NCBI GenBank assembly: GCA_963699545.1
Contig: CAVOUE010000010.1
Coordinates: 32,001 to 96,000, forward strand
DNA: 64,000 bases
Direction of reading: 5' to 3'
From: Nitrospirota bacterium
GTDB taxonomy: Bacteria; Nitrospirota; Thermodesulfovibrionia; Thermodesulfovibrionales; UBA9159
Each line of letters opens with the position of its first letter. The first letter of the stretch is position 1. The position numbers and the translations under genes are program-made. Shown here one piece after another: positions 54,450-64,000 of the stretch. Under the pieces are notes generated by a model. It saw only the letters and a program-made list of their open reading frames with translations, was not told where the DNA came from and did not search any database.

Positions 54450-54668
54450 ATGTATTGGAATTACGGTTGGGGAATGGGATTCGGATGGATCTTTATGGCT
54501 ATTTTCCGGGTACTGGTCATCGCAGGAATTGTGTATCTTGTCAAACTGGTTGCTGTTCGCTCTGGGAAAAAGCAGGATACTGCGCTGGACATACTGAAGA
54601 AGAGGTATGCCGGAGGGGAGCTGACGAAGGAAGAATTTGACAGAATGAGGGATGACCTTATCAAGTAG
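54450..54668 (+). CDS. Small SHOCT-domain membrane protein
   Basis: GMGFGW, one TM helix, ALDILKKRYAGGELTKEEF. Confidence 0.8.
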   Translation: MYWNYGWGMGFGWIFMAIFRVLVIAGIVYLVKLVAVRSGKKQDTALDILKKRYAGGELTKEEFDRMRDDLIK

Positions 54669-54812
54669 TATTTGCCATCGCCGCTAAGGAGAAGATCGAA
54701 CGAGCGATGGGATCAGCAACTGCTGGAGACATAGCGATGAACTCGCGGACAAGAAGTGCCCTCTACGAGGTCATTATAAATCAAATTTTAGCCAGTCGTG
54801 TCTGCAGGCGGC

Positions 54813-55353
54813 CTAAAGCCAGTACTCAGGATATCTTCTGTTCTTCGAGAGGTTGTTCACCAGGAGAGCGACGATCAGAAGAACGAGGGCGCCGAGGCCG
54901 GCGGGGATAAAGGCATACAGGAAACCAAGGCTGTGAATTTTCTCCCCACCGATCACCGCGATCAATGCCGTTGCACCACCTGGTGGATGGAGCGTCTTCG
55001 TGATGAGCATCAGCCCAATGGCAAAGGCTACGCTCAGGGCCGCCGCGATCCAAAGGGTACCACCAAACAGTTGAAAGCACGCGACTCCGGTAAGACCCGA
55101 TATCACGTGGCCCCCTATCAGGTTGCGGGGCTGGGCAAGCGGGCTTTTGATAGCGGCGTAGACCAGTACGGCAGACGCTCCAAAAGAACCTATTAGCAAC
55201 GTCGAATCCGCAGGTTCAAAATAGTTCACTGACATATAACCACATATGCCGATTCCCATTGCAGAGCCGAGCCACGACCAAAGCACCTCTGTGAAACCGA
55301 CCGCCCGGGGGGCTCTTGGCGCCGCCCTTCATCTTTGCGATGTAATCCTTCAT
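54813..55353 (-). CDS. HPP-family membrane protein (frameshift near the 5' end)
   Basis: GSFGASAVL, SPLAQPRN, HPPGGA. Confidence 0.9.
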
Positions 55354-55940
55354 CTCTTCCCCGTGGCCCTGACAATGTCGGCCCTTGAGATAATCCCGAT
55401 GAGCTTATTTTTCTTATCCACGACAGGGAGCCTTTTGATCCTCTTTTCATCCAGGATCTTCGCCACTTCTTTTATATCCGCGTCGGGCCTCGTGGTTATG
55501 GCAGGTGATGACATTATGTCACCCACAAGATGTCCTGACTTGCGCTCGGGCAACGGCTCCCCAAGGATGTGCCGCAGAATATCTCTGAAATTATGACCGT
55601 CCCTTATCCCCGTCATGGAAAGGATATCCGCTTCCGTGACAACGCCGAGGACACTGTTCTCCGCATCAACGACCGGAAGACCGCTGATCCTGTTTTCCGA
55701 AAGAAGCCTTGCCGCCTCCTGAATATCATCGTACTTCTTGAGCGCCACCACTTCTTTCGTCATTATCTCATCCACCAGGACCTTATCGACAAGCCGTTCC
55801 CTCGCATGTCTCAACGCAATAGTATAGATCTTCTTCAGGTCTTCCTCCGTGATATCCACATAGGCCTTTATCTCCTTCAGCGCAGCCCGGAGGTCTTCAT
55901 CTGAAATATCCACATCCCCTTGTTTTCCAGCCATTGGCAT
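55350..55940 (-). CDS. CBS-domain protein (HPP-associated)
   Basis: YVDITEEDL, ISGLPVVD, IKRLPVVD, GIISRADI. Confidence 0.88.
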   Translation of the reverse strand: MPMAGKQGDVDISDEDLRAALKEIKAYVDITEEDLKKIYTIALRHARERLVDKVLVDEIMTKEVVALKKYDDIQEAARLLSENRISGLPVVDAENSVLGVVTEADILSMTGIRDGHNFRDILRHILGEPLPERKSGHLVGDIMSSPAITTRPDADIKEVAKILDEKRIKRLPVVDKKNKLIGIISRADIVRATGKR

Positions 55941-56060
55941 ACACTCCTCTCCCGGTCGTGAGGGTTGCCACAGATTAGCCTTTCCCGCAGACCATCTGTT
56001 ATGATTTATATCACAAATGCGCGGGGATGGCAACGGCTGCCTGCAAACGGGATCTATCGA

Positions 56061-56741
56061 ATGACCAGAATAAAACTCACTGAAACAGGAATAGATGAGG
56101 CCGTCAATGAGGCGAGCGCGGTCTTACTGCGGGGCGGCATTGTCGCTTATCCTACCGAAACGTTCTATGCGATCGGGGTGAAGTTCGACATGCCGGAACC
56201 TCTGAAGCGGCTTTATGAACTTAAGAAGAGGCCTGCGGAGAAAGCTATGCCCGTCATCATCGGCCACAGGGGATTGCTTTCCGGGGTAGTATCGGAAGAA
56301 TGGCTCGCACATCTTCCCGGTCAAGCGCAGTCGCTCATGGAGAGTTTCTGGCCTGGCCCCCTCACCATGCTTTTCCCTGCGAAAAAAGGCCTCTCGGAAT
56401 TCCTCACTGCCGGTACCGGGATGATAGCGGTGAGAGTCCCGGGAGAATCCTTCGCCCTCCAACTGGCAAAAAAGGCGGGGTTCCCCTTTACGGCAACCAG
56501 TGCGAACCTCTCCGGCATGCCCCCGGCCGTAAATGCGGAGGAAATTATGCGCTCCTTTGGAGAACGCCTCGATCTCATCGTCGACGGCGGCCAAACTCCT
56601 GGCGGTCAGCCATCCACCATTGTTGGCGTATCAGGGGCCGGGATAAGGGTCGTTCGCGAGGGCGCCATACTCCGCAGGGAGATAGAACATTGCTTGCACA
56701 GGGAAGCGCTCAAGGGGAAGATAATTAAAGGCATGGGATGA
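56061..56741 (+). CDS. tsaC: L-threonylcarbamoyladenylate synthase (TsaC/Sua5)
   Basis: YPTETFY, KKRP, WPGPLT, ATSANLSG, PSTIV. Confidence 0.92.
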   Translation: MTRIKLTETGIDEAVNEASAVLLRGGIVAYPTETFYAIGVKFDMPEPLKRLYELKKRPAEKAMPVIIGHRGLLSGVVSEEWLAHLPGQAQSLMESFWPGPLTMLFPAKKGLSEFLTAGTGMIAVRVPGESFALQLAKKAGFPFTATSANLSGMPPAVNAEEIMRSFGERLDLIVDGGQTPGGQPSTIVGVSGAGIRVVREGAILRREIEHCLHREALKGKIIKGMG

Positions 56742-58265
56742 TCCTTATATACCCCCCTGTCGCAAAACCCACCGAACCACCCCCGGGTATCGCACACCTC
56801 TCCGGAGCCTTGAACCGGCACGGGGTGAGCCATACCGTCCTTGACGCAAATATCGAAGGGCTCCTTCATATCCTGCGACAGCCTCACCATGCACCTCTTG
56901 ATCCGTCTGACAGGTGGACAGCACGCGCATTCCGCAATTGTGCAGACAATCTCTTTGCCCTGAAAAGACTTGGCACATACGACAATGCAGATCGCTACAG
57001 GAAGACCGTCCTCGAAGTGAACCGGGTCCTCCAGTCCTCGTCAGCGTCCACTGATATCGCCGTGGGTCTGGCAAACTACGAGGACAGTGAATTGTCCCCT
57101 TTAAGGAGCAGAGACCTTAACAGGGCCGCTGAAGATCCGGAACGAAACCCCTTTTATCCGTATTTCGAGAAAAGGCTCGCGGCGCTCATGGAGGAAAAAC
57201 GGCCGTCGGTTGTGGGGTTCTCTCTGAATTACCTGAGCCAGGCCCTCTGCACTTTTGCCATGGCAGGTTTCATCCGCAAGAACTTTCCGGGGGTTACCAT
57301 TGTTCTGGGCGGCGGACTGGTCACCTCGTGGATGAGAAGACCACACTGGAAGGATCCTTTTGGCGGGCTGGTGAACCATCTCGTTGCGGGACCGGGAGAA
57401 TATCCGCTGCTCTCCATGGCCGGTATTCATGATATCAAAAAGGACGTTACCCCGGATTATTCTTCCCTCACGGCCAATGACTACCTCTCTCCCGGCCTCA
57501 TCCTCCCTTACAGCGCTTCACGAGGATGTTTCTGGCACCGGTGCTCATTCTGTCCCGAAAGGGCCGAAGACAACCCCTATATTCCGGTTCCGGTGCCCCG
57601 GGTCGTCTCGGATATTCCCGAGCTTGCAAGAAAAACTAATTCAGTCCTGGTGCACTTTCTTGATAATGCGATGAGCATATCTCTCATGGGGGCGCTTTCA
57701 AAGACTGCCGGAGGTGTGCCGTGGTACGGTTTTGCCCGGATAAGCCGGGAACTCACGAATGGAGATTTTTGCGCTGCGCTGAAGCGCTCGGGATGCGTGA
57801 TGCTCAAGCTCGGTCTCGAATCCGGCGATCAGGGAGTGCTGGACGGGATGCAGAAGGGCATCGACATCGAGACCGCATCACAGGCATTGAAGACGTTGAA
57901 AAAGGCAGGGATCGCCGCGTATGTATATCTCCTCTTCGGTACCCCGTGGGAACGGCATCCTCGGCAAAAAGGACCTCGAGTTTACGGTGAGGCACAGGGA
58001 CGCGATCGGTTTCCTGAACCTCGCCATATTCAACATGCCTGTCTGCTGGTCTGGAGCTGAACAGCTTGAAACCCGCAGCTTCTATGATGCCGACCTTTCT
58101 CTGTATACCGATTTTCTTCACCCTGCGGGGTGGGACAGGAGACGGGTGCGATCCTTTCTTGAGAACGAGTTCAAGAGACAAAGGGATATCTCCTCCATCC
58201 TGAAAAAAGACCCTCCCCTGTTCACCTCGAACCACGCGCCTTTTTTTGTGATGAAAAGGGGGTGA
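56738..58265 (+). CDS. B12-binding-like radical SAM protein (frameshift near 57955)
   Basis: SRGCFWHRCSFC CxxxCxxC, LGLESG, YLLFGTP; N-terminal GFSL/LGGG. Confidence 0.8.
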
Positions 58266-58391
58266 TATCGTGTCTATCCTGCTGATAGTAACGTTTCCGA
58301 CAAGGTAGGCTCTGAGATGTTTTCGGCACGGTTTGTCTTTCCGTAGCTGATACCGGCCTTGCAAAGGACTTAACATTTCTTGGGCAACCGA

Positions 58392-59366
58392 CTATTGAAT
58401 TCTGATCCGATAATGGAACAATTCTTTTAGAAAACTGAGCTTTTTCTTTTCATCTGCGAGTATATCAACGAGATTGAAATGCACGTCAATTTCCCTGTCT
58501 GTTTTTAGTTGTGCATATACCGCCTCAGTAAAGCAGCTTGCAAGATAAATTGTCAAACAGTGAGCATTCTCTGATTTTGCTTTTGCAAAAGATTTCTTAG
58601 CCTCACCCAATCGCGTCTGCGCTCCAGCCTTATCCATGCTGCCTTTGATTTCAATTGCAGCAATCAGCTTGTCTTTAGCATCTCTTATCGAAACATCAGG
58701 CTCATGCGAAAAAATAATCCGCCACAAATTTTTTAGGATGATATGAGTCTGTTTCTGACTTTTGCCTTTGATTTTTACAGCCTTTTTTTCTAAAGATTCA
58801 AAGAATCCTTTCTCATGGGCATAGTCATAAATAATGCCTTCAACAGCCTTTGCCGCTCCTTTTCCGATTACATTGACCCATGTTCCCTGAATTTCCGTTC
58901 CCACTTCAGCAATAAGAGCTTCTCTGGCCAGAGAAAGAGAGAATCCGTCAGTATCTATAACTATACTTGAGATAAGCTGATTCAATATTTTCGAGATTAG
59001 TTGAAGACGTGTTTCATGATTCTCTTTGCTTAACCGGGGCAGTTTCCCCGACAAAATTTGACTCAGCCCCTTTTGGGAAAGAGCCGCCAGGTTTCTGTAG
59101 TATTCAATTATTTCAGGACACGCTGCCAAAATTGTCGGATGGCAAAATACAAGGGCAGGGTTAACTGATATTCTTTGGACGATAGAGAGTGCCTCCCTGG
59201 ATATTCCGAGATGAGGAGAAGCCCAAGAAACTTTATTGGACGCACATTCTTCAACACGAGAAAAAATCTTGGTGAGGTTCTTCTTTTCAAGAATGGAATA
59301 GAAAAGCTTAGCTCTTGCTATGTAGGATTTTATTAAAGCATCCGACAAAGTATCTTTCCTTTTCAT
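58392..59366 (-). CDS. Type II restriction endonuclease, XcyI-like
   Basis: EPDV...IEIKG PD-(D/E)xK motif, RLGEAKKS, YYRNLAALSQK; coupled to a methyltransferase; AT-rich. Confidence 0.7.
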   Translation of the reverse strand: MKRKDTLSDALIKSYIARAKLFYSILEKKNLTKIFSRVEECASNKVSWASPHLGISREALSIVQRISVNPALVFCHPTILAACPEIIEYYRNLAALSQKGLSQILSGKLPRLSKENHETRLQLISKILNQLISSIVIDTDGFSLSLAREALIAEVGTEIQGTWVNVIGKGAAKAVEGIIYDYAHEKGFFESLEKKAVKIKGKSQKQTHIILKNLWRIIFSHEPDVSIRDAKDKLIAAIEIKGSMDKAGAQTRLGEAKKSFAKAKSENAHCLTIYLASCFTEAVYAQLKTDREIDVHFNLVDILADEKKKLSFLKELFHYRIRIQ

Positions 59367-60811
59367 TGAATGAACTCACCACAACGCTTTGACCACACAT
59401 AGACGCATTTTCGCAATTCATTGCGCCCATATGCACCCATCTGCTGGCTGCTGTTTCCTTTGCCTCGCGGCAAGACCCAAATGCAATCAACCGTCAGCCC
59501 GGCGCTCTCAGCAAATTCAGAAAGGATCAAGTCTACAGGAATTTCTTCACCATGGTAACGAACATTGTCATTAACCATTATTATACGACCGCCCGGTGCG
59601 AGAACTCTCGAAAGTTCATGAATTATGAGATTCATCTCAAAAAAATAGTTCTCGATCATGTTGGGAATATTGTTATTATTTAGATCGCCTCTATTTCTCG
59701 CTTTATAAAGAAGCCCTAAGACCTCATGCAAAGCTTCCTGTTTATCGAAAGTCCGTACGGCAGAGTCAAAGAAGGCCTGCTTATTCCGTCGCTTATATTC
59801 AACAAATAATTGTTCCCGCTTGCTCTTGTTTTCAACTGTTGCAGAGAGAAGCGTCTGCCGTAAATTCTTTAGCGCTTCTTCGTCATAACCGATGAAAGCC
59901 AACTCGACTGCATATGTTCTGGTATAATCGTACCGATTACAATAGGGAGGCGAAGTCAGAATAAGGTCAAAAGAATCAGCAGCCAAATGAGGCAACTCCT
60001 TTAGGCAAGAGCCCTCGATTATTTTCACATTACGTGAGTAAGAGCCGCCGTTGCGCTGTTTAATGTCGTCCAGCATCATGTGCAATTTATTTGTTATTGC
60101 GTGTCTGAAATCCGGAATAACACCCTTATCAAAACTTGACTTTAGGTCGCGCTCCGACCGATAATCCCACCGAAGGTATTGCCCATCCTTCCGCGTAAAA
60201 CTCACTTCTTCGAGAATGGAAAGGCAGGCAAACCAAAAAAGGTAACGAACATCTTGCTCCCCAATTTCATTTAGAAATGTCATATAGGAAGCAATCGCCT
60301 GTTCTGTCGCTTTCCGGAAAGCCTTCTCGGTAATACGCAAATGCGGGAACTGGAAATCGCTTCCCGTCTTTTCCAATGGATACTCTTTAAATCTGAGCAA
60401 ATAGTTCTCAACCAACCGAATGTCGACCTTAGCCGCCTTCAGTCTGGCTTTCATTGCAGCAACGCCAACAGGCAAGAGTTCGATACCTGTAGCATTCCAG
60501 CCAGCTTTTGTTGCAGTGGTTAAAGTAGTGCCTGCACCGGCAAATGGATCCATAATCTTCGGCGCACCCTTCTTGACAGGCCGAAACCTTTGTATAAAAA
60601 AACGGACGAGTTCAGAAGAAAAGGCTTCTTTGTATTTCAGCCAGCGATAAAACGGCACATTTTTATTCGCTTGAAATGACACAATCGCCCTTGAAAGATC
60701 GCCATTAATACTTAACTTATCCGCATACTTCCGAAATAGAACCCTTCTCTTTTTATCGGTCCTCGGAATCGACGCTGGAATGATTGGCCGTTCAATTAAA
60801 GTGATATTCAT
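59363..60811 (-). CDS. Site-specific DNA methyltransferase (SPPY type, probably m4C)
   Basis: DPFAGAGTT (motif I) precedes TSPPY (motif IV); overlaps the REase start. Confidence 0.88.
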   Translation of the reverse strand: MNITLIERPIIPASIPRTDKKRRVLFRKYADKLSINGDLSRAIVSFQANKNVPFYRWLKYKEAFSSELVRFFIQRFRPVKKGAPKIMDPFAGAGTTLTTATKAGWNATGIELLPVGVAAMKARLKAAKVDIRLVENYLLRFKEYPLEKTGSDFQFPHLRITEKAFRKATEQAIASYMTFLNEIGEQDVRYLFWFACLSILEEVSFTRKDGQYLRWDYRSERDLKSSFDKGVIPDFRHAITNKLHMMLDDIKQRNGGSYSRNVKIIEGSCLKELPHLAADSFDLILTSPPYCNRYDYTRTYAVELAFIGYDEEALKNLRQTLLSATVENKSKREQLFVEYKRRNKQAFFDSAVRTFDKQEALHEVLGLLYKARNRGDLNNNNIPNMIENYFFEMNLIIHELSRVLAPGGRIIMVNDNVRYHGEEIPVDLILSEFAESAGLTVDCIWVLPRGKGNSSQQMGAYGRNELRKCVYVWSKRCGEFIQ

Positions 60812-60886
60812 GGAGCCACCTTTCATCAAGATAGAACATTATAGCAAAATCAGTTCGACAAGTGCCGTAGACCTCTACGACCTCTC

Positions 60887-61144
60887 TCAGAGAACTTTCA
60901 TAAATCCAGTCCATCCCTCTTCAGCCTCTTTCTCAACCACGTCCGGTCGACACTGGAAAAGTCTTTGTAATTGCTTGATAACCAGGTCCCACACGAAGTC
61001 TCAATTCTTTTCATATGAATATGTAGCAAGCTTTCCTTTTGATACAAGGACCAGTCCGCGAAAAGCACAATCCTGATATATCCAAGCCGGATAACCACCG
61101 CAGTCGGCCTTCACACCGGCACCCTTGGACATGCTTGATTTCAT
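60887..61144 (-). pseudogene. Short hypothetical ORF interrupted by in-frame TGA (61001-61003)
   Basis: ATG 2 bp after the previous stop; 86-codon frame with a single internal stop. Confidence 0.35.
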
Positions 61145-61146
61145 AA

Positions 61147-61473
61147 TCATCTGCACTCCTCAGTAGTAGCCAAGTCGGTCAGGTCTTCATGTTCAAGACT
61201 TAGGGTTTCGGCGATGGACAAGGCCGACTTGTCATAAACTTCGAGGGTCCCTAAGAGGATATCGGCTTTTCTCAGGGCTCGCACGAGTTCTTCAAGGCGG
61301 TGAGTAACGACGTGAAAGACAAGACTTCCCCCATAATCCTCAGTCTCGTAGTTTGTCTCTATGCCGAGATTATCGGCAATTCTCTCAGCCCTTTCGAGCT
61401 GTGACGCCCTGGCCGCGAGAAGACCCAAGTCATTCTCCCTGAGATATATTGTGACATACAATCTGTTTGTCAA
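61147..61473 (-). CDS. Hypothetical protein (108 aa)
   Basis: Open frame with RBS AAGGAGG and TTG start; no recognisable motif. Confidence 0.55.
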   Translation of the reverse strand: MTNRLYVTIYLRENDLGLLAARASQLERAERIADNLGIETNYETEDYGGSLVFHVVTHRLEELVRALRKADILLGTLEVYDKSALSIAETLSLEHEDLTDLATTEECR

Positions 61474-61603
61474 TTATTATAGAACCTCCTTTCATTTAGG
61501 TAAAACTCAAAGAAAAGGTGAAAAGCCCCCATCCTTCTCCATCCGCTTCCCAATAACATGTGGTGAATGCCAAAAAGCCTTCGCCACATGCGCATGTTAT
61601 CGG

Positions 61604-62006
61604 TCACTTTCCGAAATACTTCAATATCCTCTCCCTATCCTCACTCTCCTTGTCACCCTTATAATAAAGCTCAATGAACTCTATCCTGTCCTCTTCTTCG
61701 TGATAGGCATAGATGACCCTTATCCCCGAATGCGACGCCCTTCCCCTTCAGCGCCTTGCAGGCGAACTTCTTGGCCTTATATATTTTCGGTGAATGGATG
61801 CCGAGATCGGATATGTGAAGGATCGCCCCGCTGTCTATCTTCTGCTTGTGAAATATATTCATCGCGACTTTAATGAACGTCTCCAAATCCTCCTCAAGAG
61901 AAGAGAACCGCTTAACAAGCTTCTTGAGGTCCTTCTCGAATTCCGGGACATGGGAAATCTCCTTGAACAGTTTCCCGACGAATGGACTGTAAAACGTCTC
62001 ACTCAT
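61604..62006 (-). CDS. RelE/HigB-like toxin candidate (frameshift near 61730)
   Basis: PEFEKDLKKL, IYKAKKF, then GIRVIYAY...IELYYKGDK in the shifted frame; overlaps the antitoxin stop. Confidence 0.6.
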
Positions 62007-62792
62007 CCGTTCTCTTCCGCATACGCCCGCACGGAATAAGGCGGTGTGCGGTAAAAGACTGATTCATATTCGATGACCTCGCCGTCGTCGGTCGTAAGCC
62101 AGGGCACGTCTCCGTGGGAATAGGCGCTGATCTGGCTTCCGTTCATCTCGGAAAGCCTGTTCAGAACGTCGTCGATCACCTCGATCTCGCTTGCCTTGAA
62201 CTTCGTAAGGTCCGGTTTGTTTCGCGGCAGGTATTTCGTCTGGGGGTAGTTGAAATAGTCGCTCTTTACCTTCTCTATTTCCCCATTCTTGATCATCTGC
62301 TCCACGATCTTGGCAAACTCGATAGGCGTGGGACCATATTGATTCTTCATATACGTCGCGCCAATCAAGCTGCTCTTCATATTTTTCATAGAAGTCGAAA
62401 TCAATAAAATAGAGGAGCTTGTAGATGACCGTCTCGCCGATGTTAGGCTTCGAGCCGACCTTGTTAAGGATATACAGCAGCACTTCCTTGAACTTCTGAA
62501 GATTCTTTTGAGGCACACTGATCCGCATTCTGGGCTTGAGTTCCTTTTCTTCTTTTCCTTCATGCAGGCAGACTTCCGGCTCTTTCCCGGGATTGAGCAG
62601 GTCATCCACAGGTACATGAAATATCTGCGACAACTTGAGAAGCTCGTCGGTAGCGATCTTCCGTGCGCCGCTCTCGATTTGAGAGATGGCCGGACGGGGT
62701 AGTTTCATGCTCCTCGCCAGTGCATCCTGGCTCATTCCGGTCTTTTCCCTTAATTCCCTGATCCGGCGCCCTATTTTTCCATAAATATTCAT
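62003..62792 (-). CDS. XRE-HTH plus DUF4065 (Panacea/SocA-like) antitoxin (frameshift near 62360)
   Basis: IRELREKTGMSQDALA...ISQIESG HTH; KLLYFIDF, YGP, SAYSHGDVPW. Confidence 0.8.
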
Positions 62793-62980
62793 TGAATTCC
62801 TCCCTTTATAACACCATACTATCATATGTAATGATTATCTGTCAATGTAATGTTTGATAAACTTACAAATTGGCAGGCGTCGATAAGAAGAATTCCGAGG
62901 CATGTGCACCTGTACAGTTCTACGGTTTTCTTTACCTTTTTTGCTATAATACAGCAATTTCAGGGAGAGTGGGAGAGGAA

Positions 62981-64000
62981 ATGAAGGCTTTGATCCTGAG
63001 CGGAGGGAAAGGGACCCGTCTGAGGCCCCTCACCTACACCACCGCAAAACAGCTCGTTCCCGTTGCAAACAAGCCGATCCTCGGCTATGTCATTGACCAC
63101 ATAAAGGACGCCGGGATAAAGGACCTTGGGGTGATCATATCCCCTGATACCGGGGACGAGGTGAAGAGATATATTGACGGGGGGAAGAGATGGGGGATAC
63201 GGGTGACGTTCATTCCCCAGGAAGAGCCCCTCGGCCTGGCCCACGCGGTCATCACCGCCCGGGATTTTCTCAAGAACGATGATTTCGTGATGTATCTCGG
63301 TGACAATCTTTTGAGCCATGGGGTAAAGGATGCCTTGAAAAAATTCAGGCGGGAGTTCCCCCAGGCATTGATCTTCCTGAAGGAGGTCGACAACCCTAGG
63401 CAGTTCGGCGTGGCAAAACTTGATCGCAAAGGGAATATCGTTCAGCTGATCGAAAAACCAAAGAGGCCGCCGTCAAATCTTGCGCTTGTGGGGGTCTATA
63501 TGTTCTCCCGGGAGATACATGACGCCATCTCACGGATCAAACCGTCCTTCAGGGGAGAACTGGAGATCACTGACGCCATACAGGAACTGATCCATATGGG
63601 CTATGAAGTGAGAAGTCGAGATCCTTCGCGGCTGGTGGCTTGATACGGGCAAGAAGGACAGCCTCCTCCAGGCGAACACCGTTGTCCTTGACGACTACAT
63701 AAAGAGAGATATTCGGGGTTCTGTCGACGCGAAGAGCCAGATAACGGGCAGAGTGACCATCGAGCAAGGCGCCGTAGTGAAGAACAGCATTGTGAGAGGC
63801 CCGGTCATCATCGGCAAGCAGGCAAAGATCAGCAATGCCTTTATCGGGCCCTTTACCAGTATCGGTGACGGAGTGACCATAGTGAACTCTGTTGTCGAGC
63901 ATTCAGTGGTCTTGAATAATGCTTTTCTCTCTGGAATAGAGCGGCTTGAGGACAGCCTCATAGGGAAAAGCTCAAGGGTCATAAAGAACGCTTCCCGTCA
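62981..64000 (+). CDS. rfbA: Glucose-1-phosphate thymidylyltransferase, long form (partial; frameshift near 63615)
   Basis: ILSGGKGTRLRPLT, KQLVPVANKP, GLAHAV, YLGDN, RGELEITDA, GWWLDTG, then a hexapeptide-like tail. Confidence 0.9.

Noticed and set aside
60887-61144. In-frame TGA as selenocysteine
   Set aside because: No redox motif or clear SECIS; a nonsense mutation or non-gene is more likely.
1-64000. CRISPR arrays, rRNA, tRNA, integrase or transposase genes
   Set aside because: No regularly spaced repeat-spacer units, tRNA arm signatures or recombinase motifs were found by eye.

Overview
Bacterial chromosomal window. The gene content suggests an anaerobic Nitrospirota/Deltaproteobacteria-like organism (inference). 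The backbone is housekeeping (mnmA, polA, rluD, rluB, aspS, trmJ, degP, tsaC, gpmA, pyk, malQ, rfbA). Single-base frameshifts break many genes, including polA, which points to long-read or assembly indel errors rather than mass pseudogenisation. Accessory blocks: (i) an arsenosugar-type operon whose radical SAM ArsS has an in-frame UGA plus SECIS-like hairpin (probable selenoprotein), preceded by an unusual metallo-beta-lactamase-fold gene; (ii) a heptaheme membrane cytochrome; (iii) an orphan amino-acid binding protein paired with an IT-superfamily permease; (iv) an RND pump; (v) the highlight, a complete corrinoid methyl-transfer cassette (corrinoid protein, Zn MtaA/CmuA-type MT, MtrH/CmuB-type MT, ASKHA activator) under a divergent DcmR-like HTH-MEDS regulator and next to a ClC channel, a candidate anaerobic halomethane (or methyl-sulfide) demethylation system; (vi) an ion-transport/trehalose block with a membrane-sensor-fused OtsA, bracketed by a duplicated HPP gene 3' end; (vii) a defence patch with an XcyI-like R-M pair and a Panacea-type toxin-antitoxin. 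No rRNA, tRNA or CRISPR array was seen.
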